This document shows, piece after piece, positions 40,628 to 49,105 of a stretch of 64,000 bases of DNA. The stretch comes from a phage, in the sequence record PZ445530.1, one strand, 5' to 3'. The position numbers and the translations under genes are program-made. The notes under the pieces are model-generated. The model was not told the DNA's origin. It saw only the letters and a program-made list of their open reading frames with translations, and did not search any database. Numbering within the stretch: the stretch's first letter is position 1; every line of letters starts with the position of its first letter.

Positions 40628-40658
40628 GGTCCTATCAAAACGAAAGGGGACCACAACA

Positions 40659-40931
40659 ATGACCAAACAATACCAACGAATTAAAGCCAAGGTTAAGCCA
40701 GACTATCTGGAGAAGGACTCTGCTTTTCGGGACTGCACAGCTGACAAAGTTTATACAGGGGCCGTCCTGTTGAACGATGAACTTGAAGTAGATATTCTGG
40801 GTAAAGAGGCAACTATTAAGGACGACCAAGGCGATTATGTTTGCTGCACCACACGTGAGCTAGAAATCTTAGAATACTTCGGTGAAATCTTCACCTCTCT
40901 TGATGATTACTTAGATGATGAGGAAGCGTGA
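40659..40931 (+). CDS. small hypothetical protein (90 aa)
   Basis: ATG after aaagggga; paralog of 40341-40595. Confidence 0.45.
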   Translation: MTKQYQRIKAKVKPDYLEKDSAFRDCTADKVYTGAVLLNDELEVDILGKEATIKDDQGDYVCCTTRELEILEYFGEIFTSLDDYLDDEEA

Positions 40932-41320
40932 TGAAAAATATTTGGGATATCGATATCTTTGAAGCCTCTAAGCTTGATGGTGCTGATGGAGTGATTATGG
41001 TGTCTGATGGCAAGGCAACACTAACTTCCGGAGATATCATCTATGCCTTGGACGAGCTGGCGCTTCTGAAATCTACCGGTAACACTTTGGAGGAGCGTCT
41101 TCAAGGATTCGCTTTCAAAGAAGGTACAAATACAGCCATGATGTGCACCACACGGACAGTTCAGGTTGGTAACGGTGTCTATATGATTATTGCTGTGTGT
41201 CCTAAATTCAGCAACGTCAACAAAGATGATGCTGACGCGGTCAACGATGTGGTTGTTCTCTTCGTGGGTGACGCTATGGCAGATCTGATGAATGCAGGAG
41301 AAGCAGCAAATGAAGACTGA
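40931..41320 (+). CDS. hypothetical protein (about 129 aa)
   Basis: ATG after gaggaag. Confidence 0.45.
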   Translation: MKNIWDIDIFEASKLDGADGVIMVSDGKATLTSGDIIYALDELALLKSTGNTLEERLQGFAFKEGTNTAMMCTTRTVQVGNGVYMIIAVCPKFSNVNKDDADAVNDVVVLFVGDAMADLMNAGEAANED

Positions 41321-41612
41321 AAACATCACCCCAGCAGGGTTCTTAAAAGTATACCGTGAACTGCTATATACTACAGAGGACAGTGTTCTAGAGTATCCAG
41401 AATATCTTTTGCTGTATAAGTATCTGCAGGAGGCTGGTGAAAATCTGCCAGTTAGTGCAGAAGGTGGTCCAAACTGGATATACAGTGCATGGAGAAAGGT
41501 TGACATTCTCCCAGACCCAGGTAAAGATATGGTAGTTTGGCAGCTTATCAACAACATCGGGATTCCAATCTTTGATGAAGCTGTTAAAATCTATTTTGAA
41601 CTTGACGATTAA
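41310..41612 (+). CDS. hypothetical protein (100 aa)
   Basis: ATG after caggagaag; overlaps upstream gene end. Confidence 0.4.
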   Translation: MKTENITPAGFLKVYRELLYTTEDSVLEYPEYLLLYKYLQEAGENLPVSAEGGPNWIYSAWRKVDILPDPGKDMVVWQLINNIGIPIFDEAVKIYFELDD

Positions 41613-41629
41613 TATCAGGAGACCTTAAG

Positions 41630-41875
41630 ATGACTGAAGCAGTTGCTCGCGCAGGACAGAAAGTACGTTGTGTTGAAGTAGGTTTTGGTGGCAAAGGGTG
41701 TCAAAACTTGACTCAAGGTAAGGAATACGCTGTTATCTCTGGGGGCGGAGACGAAAGTATTGTGTTCGAGGGCCACATCCTGGATGCTGAAAACTTTGAA
41801 ATCTTTGACGACGATGGGGACCCGATCACCTGCCTGCTGGACGGGAATTGGGGAACTTTCGAAGTGATTGGCTAA
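41630..41875 (+). CDS. small hypothetical protein (81 aa)
   Basis: RBS caggagacc. Confidence 0.45.
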   Translation: MTEAVARAGQKVRCVEVGFGGKGCQNLTQGKEYAVISGGGDESIVFEGHILDAENFEIFDDDGDPITCLLDGNWGTFEVIG

Positions 41876-41958
41876 CAAATACCTATTGTAATTTACAGAA
41901 GGGGATGCTAAAATAGTGTCTCCTTCTATGTTGTTCAAATAAAATCGGAGATTCCATA

Positions 41959-42327
41959 ATGGAACAAATGAACGATCAAGCGTCGGTTGCGATGAACGAG
42001 CAAGAACAACCTCAAGAATTTTTCTTAGGGTTAAGTAAAGATCAAGTGTCTCTTCTGCTAGTGCTTTCTTCTTTCATGGGAAGACTTCAGGAGCTCACAC
42101 AACAGCCAGAGGCTGAACAATTATTTCAGGCTCTGCGTGAAGAAGAAAAATATCGTCGTTTGGACTATGCCTTGGGTTGGGTAGCTCAACAACGAGATAT
42201 GCTGATGGCCCTCTCTGGGACCACAAGTTTTGCAATGGGCCTGTTGGCTCAAGTTCAGGACAAATTAATTCAAGCAGGGTTTGCACACACGGCAAACACT
42301 AACGAAGAACAAGGAGACAAAGAATGA
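41959..42327 (+). CDS. hypothetical protein (122 aa)
   Basis: RBS cggagatt. Confidence 0.45.
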   Translation: MEQMNDQASVAMNEQEQPQEFFLGLSKDQVSLLLVLSSFMGRLQELTQQPEAEQLFQALREEEKYRRLDYALGWVAQQRDMLMALSGTTSFAMGLLAQVQDKLIQAGFAHTANTNEEQGDKE

Positions 42328-43550
42328 GCGTTATTCAACAATTCGCTAACCCGATGAATCCGCGTGAAACTGTTTTACTGGCTCACGGCATGATTAAACG
42401 CGTCAGCATCAAGCCTATCAAAGGTGCTGATCCTACAACAGGTATTAAAACCACTGTGTGGCAAGGTAAGAAAATTGAGTCCAGCCACACCATCTCTTTA
42501 CTGATTTCTGAACTGGATTCCTCTGATAACCTACTTCAAGGTGGTGAAGAAGTTTGGATCAGTATGGGCGATAAGCTGCTTAAACCGGGTCATCAAGACT
42601 CTGTCTCTGTTAAAATTGATGACAAGTGGGAAACCGTAACGCCAGGATGGATCGTAAATATCCCTTTGAAGGCAAACGAGCATAACGGTAAGACCTACTA
42701 CAAAGGCTCACTGGCTAAGATGGTTAAGCTGGGTGCAGGAGAGGCTCCAGCAGCGACTCAGCAGCAAAAACAGCAACAAGGTGCACAATCACAAGGCCAG
42801 AAGCAGAAACCTCAGCAGAATGCCAATCAGGACGTTTTACGCATCTATGGTGATGTGACTCAGATTGTTGGCAACGTGGTTACTGTTAATGACCACAAGA
42901 TTGGCGAAGGTGCTATGGTTGTAACTGATGAGCAGCTTAAAGACCTGGTGGTAGGTGGTCGTGTTGCAGCCATTGTTGACAAAGACACCGGAAACATTAT
43001 CAGTGGTTTCAAAGCCTATCCTCCTAAGGCAGAGAACGGTACTCAAGGCTCTGGTGGCAAGCGTAAATCCTCTTACGACCCTATCGGTGTGGAAACGGGG
43101 CATAGCATCAATGCGTTGCAAATCATCCTGGATCGCGGGTTTAAGGTAGACGACCCACTAGGAGTGGCTAAAACACTACACGTAGTCACTATTGAGCTTA
43201 AGAAAGAGTATGCTCAAGCCACCAACCGAACTGAAGATGAAGTAGGTGCCAGTGTCGGTAATGCGGTGTTGAACGCTTGTCGCCGTATTGACAAGAAAAC
43301 GAAAGTTGATGATTTTGCAGCGGCAATTACTGCAGAAGCAAAAGATGTCTTGACTAATCTGGCTGAGCCGTTGTACGATTGGATCAAGAACGGTGCTGGG
43401 TCAACTGACCATCAAGAACCTCAGGCTGCCAAACAGGAAGCAGCTCCACAGCAAAACACTGTAGACGCTCCTCCTGTAAATGATGGGGAAGATGACCCGA
43501 TGGATCAGAATCCAGCACAGTACGCCTTTGATGATGACATCCCATTCTAA
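42324..43550 (+). CDS. protein with SSB-type C-terminal tail (ssDNA-binding protein or SSB-tail mimic)
   Basis: RBS caaggagac; Gln-rich low-complexity linker; C-terminus ...YAFDDDIPF identical to the bacterial SSB tip DDDIPF. Confidence 0.55.
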   Translation: MSVIQQFANPMNPRETVLLAHGMIKRVSIKPIKGADPTTGIKTTVWQGKKIESSHTISLLISELDSSDNLLQGGEEVWISMGDKLLKPGHQDSVSVKIDDKWETVTPGWIVNIPLKANEHNGKTYYKGSLAKMVKLGAGEAPAATQQQKQQQGAQSQGQKQKPQQNANQDVLRIYGDVTQIVGNVVTVNDHKIGEGAMVVTDEQLKDLVVGGRVAAIVDKDTGNIISGFKAYPPKAENGTQGSGGKRKSSYDPIGVETGHSINALQIILDRGFKVDDPLGVAKTLHVVTIELKKEYAQATNRTEDEVGASVGNAVLNACRRIDKKTKVDDFAAAITAEAKDVLTNLAEPLYDWIKNGAGSTDHQEPQAAKQEAAPQQNTVDAPPVNDGEDDPMDQNPAQYAFDDDIPF

Positions 43551-43564
43551 CATCTAGTTAACAT

Positions 43565-43592
43565 AGCCCTGCCCGAAAGGGTGGGGCATTTT
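43565..43592 (+). terminator. intrinsic terminator (copy 2 of repeated terminator)
   Basis: Same GCCCTGCCC-GAAA-GGGTGGGGC hairpin as 32578, followed by ATTTTT. Confidence 0.6.
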
Positions 43593-43612
43593 TGTATAAG
43601 GAGATCTGAAAA

Positions 43613-44029
43613 ATGACATTAGAAGATATCATTGTTAAACCTGAGAACTATGACCAATACAACCTGTCAACTCAATCTGTAGACCTTGGATGCGCCACAG
43701 TTAGTGCGTGGCTGGTTAACGGAAAAGAGCTGGACAAGTGCTTAGAAGCTCACATGTCTGTTAACAAGTTTCTGGATGAAAATACTCACTGGCTGGAAGG
43801 TGCAGGCGTATATGCTTCATGGTTGGAGAGCATGGGCTTTGACTATCAATCTGATGAAGGGTGGTGGAGCTATCTAGCTATCTGTCCAGAAACACGGCAA
43901 TGCTTCATGAAATACTCTGAAGATCTTGAGTACCGAGCGGTGGTTGATAGTGCTATTGCCCGTTATAGCCGTAAACCTTTTTCCCACGACATTAAAACTG
44001 TGGAAGAATTTGTTGAAGTTTTCTGTTGA
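43613..44029 (+). CDS. hypothetical protein (138 aa)
   Basis: RBS taaggagat. Confidence 0.5.
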   Translation: MTLEDIIVKPENYDQYNLSTQSVDLGCATVSAWLVNGKELDKCLEAHMSVNKFLDENTHWLEGAGVYASWLESMGFDYQSDEGWWSYLAICPETRQCFMKYSEDLEYRAVVDSAIARYSRKPFSHDIKTVEEFVEVFC

Positions 44030-44125
44030 CACAGGTTGAAAGGTGTGCAATTATAACTTCATATAACGGGAGGACGCGATGAACGAAGAAAACTGGGATG
44101 TATAACTAACAGGAGGCCACTGCCC

Positions 44126-44323
44126 ATGATTTATCGAATCCGTGTAAGAGAAGATGCACCAGGCTGTTACTTTGACTGGCGTGGGTGGTGGTTTCTCCAC
44201 CCAATGGATGGACTCACAGATAGAATGCTGGATGCTGCCCTTTATACAGATACCGACATAGAATATAATCTCTATCTGAAGGACGGTATAGATAACGGTC
44301 TATTTGAAGCAATTCCTGTGTAA
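44126..44323 (+). CDS. hypothetical protein (65 aa)
   Basis: RBS caggagg. Confidence 0.4.
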   Translation: MIYRIRVREDAPGCYFDWRGWWFLHPMDGLTDRMLDAALYTDTDIEYNLYLKDGIDNGLFEAIPV

Positions 44324-44388
44324 GAGACTGTGATAGCCATGTTTTATGATCTTCCTGTAGCACCACCTGTTGAACCTAGAGAACTAAG

Positions 44389-44814
44389 ATGATCTATGAA
44401 ATGCCAAAACTGATTCGTGACGATGCCCAAAACGCTAACACCATTATTATGGGCAAACGCATGGATATTATTTGTCATAAAGATTTCTGGGAAGGGAGTT
44501 ACTTCACAGAGTATTTTGGTAAACTGGACAATGGTCTGCTGATCCAGTTCTACACCGATGCGGAAAACAATATCTGCTGGGAGTTCGAAACTGAAGATAT
44601 CCATAAACTTTTCACCTTCCTAGGTATTAAGGTTGAGGCCAAGTTCGAAGAAGGTGAGTGCGACGATTGTGGATTCTACGAGGTAACAGATTTCTATCTC
44701 CCAAGTGGTGAGAACCTTTACTATGAAAGCCACTTCGGTAACTCCAATATGCCACAGTGCTGGACTGAGTTTTTTGAAATTGCGGAAGAGGAGCTGGCAT
44801 ACCGTGATTATTGA
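44389..44814 (+). CDS. hypothetical protein (141 aa)
   Basis: ORF in track. Confidence 0.45.
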   Translation: MIYEMPKLIRDDAQNANTIIMGKRMDIICHKDFWEGSYFTEYFGKLDNGLLIQFYTDAENNICWEFETEDIHKLFTFLGIKVEAKFEEGECDDCGFYEVTDFYLPSGENLYYESHFGNSNMPQCWTEFFEIAEEELAYRDY

Positions 44815-45262
44815 TACTGTAGAGGGAGATTTAATCTCCCTTTTTAAGAGCGGTGCTGGTCACCTGATCCACGGTTGTAACTGCTTCCACACAATGGGCA
44901 AGGGGATAGCAAAACAGATTTCCCGTGAGTTCCCTCAAGCATTGGCAGCTGACAAAGAGACTAGATATGGTTGCCTAAGTAAACTGGGTGCGTTCTCCCG
45001 ATGGGAGCACTTATCTCCGAGAGGTATTGTCTACGGAATCAATCTGTATACTCAGTTCTACCCAGGACCTAATGCTGAATATTTCTCAATTCTGAAAGGC
45101 TTTGAGCTAGTCAATGAGGTATTCAGTAGATCGACTTTACCATTCTACATCCCTAAGATCGGGTGCGGCATAGGCGGTTTGAAGTGGGAGCACGTAGAGG
45201 ACGTTATTAACCTTGCCACTTTTGATATGGATATTATCGTGGTAGACTACAAAAAGTGTTGA
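44804..45262 (+). CDS. macrodomain protein (TARG1/OARD1/DarG-like ADP-ribosyl hydrolase)
   Basis: GTG start after GAGGAG overlapping upstream stop; GDLISLF, HGCNCFHTMGKGIA and PKIGCGIGGLKWEHV parallel TARG1 blocks GDLF, HCISEDCRMGAGIA, PRIGCGLDRLQWENV (recalled from memory). Confidence 0.7.
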   Translation: MIIDTVEGDLISLFKSGAGHLIHGCNCFHTMGKGIAKQISREFPQALAADKETRYGCLSKLGAFSRWEHLSPRGIVYGINLYTQFYPGPNAEYFSILKGFELVNEVFSRSTLPFYIPKIGCGIGGLKWEHVEDVINLATFDMDIIVVDYKKC

Positions 45263-45315
45263 CAGCTGGTTTTTGGGATGGTGTAGTCACCACAACGATT
45301 GAGATAGGGAGCACT

Positions 45316-45486
45316 ATGGAGACTAAAATCTTAATTCTAGCTGTGATAGATACAACCGAAGGGGCTGTGTTCGAATCTGCAGGAGGGTATTTCTACCTAC
45401 CCTACGGAAAAAGAACTGCTGAACCAGGTAAAGATTCAATCATCAAAGTGTTCCCGTGTGCTTTCTGGCTGGAGATTTTGGTATAA
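45316..45486 (+). CDS. small hypothetical protein (56 aa)
   Basis: ATG after gatagggag; below track size cutoff. Confidence 0.3.
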   Translation: METKILILAVIDTTEGAVFESAGGYFYLPYGKRTAEPGKDSIIKVFPCAFWLEILV

Positions 45487-45512
45487 GATTGCAGAGGATT
45501 TGGGAGAGAATT

Positions 45513-45707
45513 ATGAGAAACAAGAGAGAGCTTTACTCTGGCGAGTGGATAAACGATCAACAGGTTGGAGAGGTAACCTGCTTCCGGTGTTTTACTCGGT
45601 ACAATCTTAAAACTGCACCAAAAAGTATTCCAAAGACTGATGGTTATTACATAAAAGAACCTCATTGCCCGAAATGTAAATGCCGATTATACTGGAGCAA
45701 CCTGTAA
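45513..45707 (+). CDS. small zinc-ribbon protein (64 aa)
   Basis: ATG after tgggagag; CFRC...CPKCKC Cys pairs. Confidence 0.4.
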   Translation: MRNKRELYSGEWINDQQVGEVTCFRCFTRYNLKTAPKSIPKTDGYYIKEPHCPKCKCRLYWSNL

Positions 45708-45711
45708 AAGA

Positions 45712-45739
45712 TTGACATCTGAAAACTACAGTGTATAAT
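45712..45739 (+). promoter_or_regulatory. sigma70-like promoter
   Basis: TTGACA - 16 bp - TATAAT upstream of gene 45771. Confidence 0.5.
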
Positions 45740-45770
45740 ATACGCACAGACTAACAGAGAGCGATGTATT

Positions 45771-45962
45771 ATGGTAATTTTTAACCGGGATGGTATCATA
45801 GTTAGACAGCACCCCTTCCTTGAATACTATCAAATTGAGCAATGGTGCTACGGGGATTGCAGTCACTCCTATGGGCAAAGTTGGGGATATCGCACAGTTT
45901 TTGAATCAACAGACCTTGACAAAGTAAGACAGAAAGTTTTAGAACTTATTAACAACAAGTGA
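45771..45962 (+). CDS. small hypothetical protein (63 aa)
   Basis: ORF in track downstream of promoter. Confidence 0.4.
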   Translation: MVIFNRDGIIVRQHPFLEYYQIEQWCYGDCSHSYGQSWGYRTVFESTDLDKVRQKVLELINNK

Positions 45963-45971
45963 GTATGATAC

Positions 45972-46304
45972 ATGGTAACATTAGAAAGACGTAAAGCTAT
46001 CGCCGCCACACTGGCAGACATCTTTTGGGATTGCAACTTAAAAGATACCCGAAATTGTGGCGCATCTGTAGATGTATTATTCCCACGGCCCACCATTGTT
46101 GCAATGGGAAACCTGTTAAACGTAGTGTACGGAGCATGGGACAAAGAAGGTGGATTCTATATCTGGCAACCTGACTACGGAGCCTGGAAAGAGGTAAGGG
46201 GTGCGGATGACTTTGGGCCTACAGTTGCTAAGATGGATGGCTGGGAAATTTATGTTGGAAACGACATGAAGCTGAAAGGCGAGATTGTTTACTGGTTACC
46301 TTAA
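45972..46304 (+). CDS. hypothetical protein (110 aa)
   Basis: ORF in track. Confidence 0.45.
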   Translation: MVTLERRKAIAATLADIFWDCNLKDTRNCGASVDVLFPRPTIVAMGNLLNVVYGAWDKEGGFYIWQPDYGAWKEVRGADDFGPTVAKMDGWEIYVGNDMKLKGEIVYWLP

Positions 46305-46324
46305 GAAAGTGCAGGAGATAAAGT

Positions 46325-46570
46325 ATGAACAAAGGGTGGACATTTGTAGACGGCGTTAAAAACATGCCTCTAGGAAAGTATATCGTAGCCATGGCTGATG
46401 AGGATGGCAATGTAGATTTCGGAGCTTGCGAGGTTGTTCTTGCAGGATCTGGTAACTATGTGAGTAAAACCGGGATAATTAACGGTCAGTTCTACTTTGA
46501 TCACAACCCTGTTGTAGCGTATATGACTATGCCAGAGTTCAAGTTCCCAAAGGAGGGTGCAGATGTTTAA
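46325..46570 (+). CDS. hypothetical protein (81 aa)
   Basis: RBS caggagat. Confidence 0.45.
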   Translation: MNKGWTFVDGVKNMPLGKYIVAMADEDGNVDFGACEVVLAGSGNYVSKTGIINGQFYFDHNPVVAYMTMPEFKFPKEGADV

Positions 46571-46760
46571 GCTTAAATCTGCATGGAACATCGCTGTGGG
46601 GGACGAGATCCGTATCCCAGGTGGAAAGACCATTATGAAGATATCTCGTATTGAGTACGAAGGTGACCGTGTATTCCACATCCTCGCAGAAGATGGTCGA
46701 GAAATTTATATACAGGCAGGTTCTCACATTTATATCCGTAAGAAAGGGGACGACAAATGA
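46563..46760 (+). CDS. small hypothetical protein (65 aa)
   Basis: ATG after aaggaggg. Confidence 0.4.
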   Translation: MFKLKSAWNIAVGDEIRIPGGKTIMKISRIEYEGDRVFHILAEDGREIYIQAGSHIYIRKKGDDK

Positions 46761-47086
46761 CAGAGATCATCATTTCAACTGCAGGGTATGTGTTCCTGAC
46801 AATCATTGCACTGACTATTTTGGTGACAGTGTATGGGTTTGTTATCCTTCCTATCCTTGAGACATTTAGTTTGTGTCGGTGTTGGAGAAAAGCTTACGGT
46901 CCACAACCATGGAAGGACTGGCCCCACCTGGTGCGCTTAGCGTTCTCTTATGCTTACGATCACTCCAGTAGTGCATGCATAACCGGATACCACGCCCACA
47001 ACTGGAGCTGGGAAGGATTGAGGAAATGGAATGTTACAAAGACCATACCTCTACGCATGTACAAACCTAAAAACAAAGACAGCTGA
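46757..47086 (+). CDS. membrane protein (109 aa)
   Basis: RBS aaagggga; N-terminal hydrophobic stretch AGYVFLTIIALTILVTVYGFVILPIL. Confidence 0.45.
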   Translation: MTEIIISTAGYVFLTIIALTILVTVYGFVILPILETFSLCRCWRKAYGPQPWKDWPHLVRLAFSYAYDHSSSACITGYHAHNWSWEGLRKWNVTKTIPLRMYKPKNKDS

Positions 47087-47397
47087 TACTTGAAAATTCC
47101 TGGCATATCAAGTGTAAGGGGGATTTCTAAAATGGATTTCCTCCTTTTGATATTTCACCGGGCTGGATATTTTAAAATTCTTAGAAAATCAGAAAATGGA
47201 TCGAAAACTAAAATGGATTTTTCAGAGTAGGCGCGACAAGCTGAATAACTCATCCTATCGTTTGCACCATATTCCAGGCCACCATTATAGATTTTCCACA
47301 CATGCTAACCTCCCTCTACTAGAACTTCCTCCACTTGCCCTTAACCTTCTATGGTAACAATCTAACCACTATCTTGAAGTTGCGGTGCAGCTTTCCA

Positions 47398-47481
47398 AGT
47401 ACTCGATCTGTTTTTCATTTCATGGCTTGGATTTTCTGAAAATTTTTCTCGATAAATTTCTCAGTACTCGATCTGTTTTTC
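47398..47481. repeat. tandem direct repeat (19-nt perfect core AGTACTCGATCTGTTTTTC, 2 copies) within ORF-free region
   Basis: Core at 47398-47416 and 47463-47481, each followed by GGATTTTCTG(A/G)AAAT-like sequence; AAATGGATTT motif recurs 47129-47575. Confidence 0.6.
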
Positions 47482-47690
47482 GTTTTCTGAATCGGATTTT
47501 CTGGAAATCGTTCCGGATCTCGACCTGAAATTTTTGGGGACGAAATCGATTTTTCGTTTTCAGAAATGGATTTTTAAAATTTCTATATGGGAATATTTTA
47601 TGGGATACTGTTTTATAGGAAATTGTTACGGAGGGTAATTAGCATGCTAATTAAATTTATTAAATGCGAGGAGTTCTCATTTAGAATTTT

Positions 47691-47900
47691 GAATGATAAT
47701 CATTCTCGTTTGCAGAATAACGGGCAGGCCCGGTGATTGTCTCCCGGCCCCTGTTGCCCCGGCTTGTTATTATAGTATCACACAGGACAAAGAAAGCAAG
47801 GATTTTTTGCATAAATTTTTAAATGATAATGATAACCGTTCTCATTTTATGCAGCGCCCATCCCCGGTGGTTGTCTTCCCCGTCACCGGTGCCTGCCGTC
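47691..47900. repeat. pair of imperfect ~65-bp direct repeats (AATGATAAT...TGCAG...CCCGGTG(A/G)TTGTCT)
   Basis: Shared ordered blocks at 47691-47760 and 47820-47890. Confidence 0.4.
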
Positions 47901-48114
47901 CTTTCGATAGGTATATTGTGCCACCTGGCGGGGCCGCTGTCAACACTTTTCAAAAAATTTTTCTAACCTGATGCGCTAACCGCTGCAACCTGGCGGGGCC
48001 AGCCTGGCAGGACCTAACTGACCAGGTAGGAGAGAATGAAGGCTTGTAAACCTGGTGGGCCTATGCTATAGGACAGGTAACAATTGAAGAGGAGGTACAA
48101 AAATAAAAGGTAAT

Positions 48115-48273
48115 ATGATCCCCCTGGAAAATGTAGCTATTAATGACGCTGAGGCTATCGCCCTGGTTGAAAAGGCCATGGCGGGAGCGTTGGAACATAA
48201 AGAAGAGTACGAAAAAATGATGGTTAACCTGGCAGGGCGGCGGCAGGTGGATTCTATCATAAAAATAATTTAA
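48115..48273 (+). CDS. small hypothetical protein (52 aa)
   Basis: ATG-initiated ORF below track cutoff, ends just before promoter at 48282; weak RBS. Confidence 0.3.
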   Translation: MIPLENVAINDAEAIALVEKAMAGALEHKEEYEKMMVNLAGRRQVDSIIKII

Positions 48274-48281
48274 AATAATTG

Positions 48282-48309
48282 TTGACAACCGGGGGAGTCC
48301 TGCTATTCT
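48282..48309 (+). promoter_or_regulatory. early-type sigma70-like promoter (cassette 1)
   Basis: TTGACA - 16 bp - TATTCT; CA-rich leader and purine-rich SD before ATG 48362. Confidence 0.5.
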
Positions 48310-48361
48310 TACCCTACAAGGTGAACAACACCGCACTAACTAGTAAAGAGGATAAAAAATC

Positions 48362-48559
48362 ATGAACGCATACGGAATCAAAGTACGTCGCAACACTCGC
48401 CAGGTGGTCACCGATCAAGTGGTTTGCCTGGTGGATGTAACCATCAACAACGGGCAAGGCCTTTATAAATTTCGTCGCGGTCATAGCTATACCCTGCAAC
48501 AGCTTAATCGTTGCGCCCTGACAAAAGGTCAGATCAATCACTGGTTTAATAAAAAATAA
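48362..48559 (+). CDS. small hypothetical protein (65 aa)
   Basis: ATG downstream of cassette promoter and SD gaggataaaa. Confidence 0.5.
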   Translation: MNAYGIKVRRNTRQVVTDQVVCLVDVTINNGQGLYKFRRGHSYTLQQLNRCALTKGQINHWFNKK

Positions 48560-48562
48560 GTA

Positions 48563-48591
48563 TTGACATACGCCCCGACACAAAATATACT
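48563..48591 (+). promoter_or_regulatory. early-type sigma70-like promoter (cassette 2)
   Basis: TTGACA - 17 bp - TATACT; CACAAAAGA leader; SD agaggataaaa. Confidence 0.55.
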
Positions 48592-48623
48592 GAAATCACA
48601 AAAGACACTAAGAGGATAAAATC

Positions 48624-49022
48624 ATGAAAACCACAACCTTTAATTTTGACAATGCCGACTTCTCTTTTTCTGATGTCAAGAACTGCCGCCGTGATCGTGG
48701 ATTTTACAAGGCTTATAATCTGGTTGGCCTGGACGATGATAATAATTTGCACGAAGTAGCGGAGATCCGGTACTATGCCGCCGCCAGCGGTAACACTAAC
48801 TACTGCGTTTTTTGGATACACGACAACAAGAACAATAAGTACGGTTATACTGGCGGCAAGGCGAGCGGTCACGGTTATGATAAAGCTAACGCAGCACTTG
48901 AGAGCGCATTAAATGCTATGGGGATCACTGCCAACGGCTGGATCTACGAAGAAGAGTTTTTGTCGGCACTTGCTGACCACCTAGGCTATAAAAAGCACAT
49001 TGTAACATGTGCCCACGAATAA
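48624..49022 (+). CDS. hypothetical protein (132 aa)
   Basis: ATG downstream of cassette. Confidence 0.5.
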   Translation: MKTTTFNFDNADFSFSDVKNCRRDRGFYKAYNLVGLDDDNNLHEVAEIRYYAAASGNTNYCVFWIHDNKNNKYGYTGGKASGHGYDKANAALESALNAMGITANGWIYEEEFLSALADHLGYKKHIVTCAHE

Positions 49023-49029
49023 AAAATTA

Positions 49030-49057
49030 TTGACACGCTGCAAAATTCAAGTAAACT
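49030..49057 (+). promoter_or_regulatory. early-type sigma70-like promoter (cassette 3) followed by 5' hairpin
   Basis: TTGACA - 16 bp - TAAACT; hairpin GGCGGG-GATGTTT-CCCGCC at 49068-49086; CACAAAGGAAAAAG leader. Confidence 0.55.
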
Positions 49058-49105
49058 AGACACAAAAGGCGGGGATGTTTCCCGCCAGCACAAAGGAAAA
49101 AGATC

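Noticed and set aside
45366-45380. GTTCGAATC, a tRNA T-loop-like motif
   Set aside because: No flanking T-stem complementarity, no D-arm or acceptor stem; lies inside a coding region. Not a tRNA.
48061-48336. Minus-strand ORFs 48061-48336 and 48066-48260
   Set aside because: Overlap the promoter of cassette 1 and a plus-strand small ORF; no minus-strand expression signals; the surrounding island is uniformly plus-strand.
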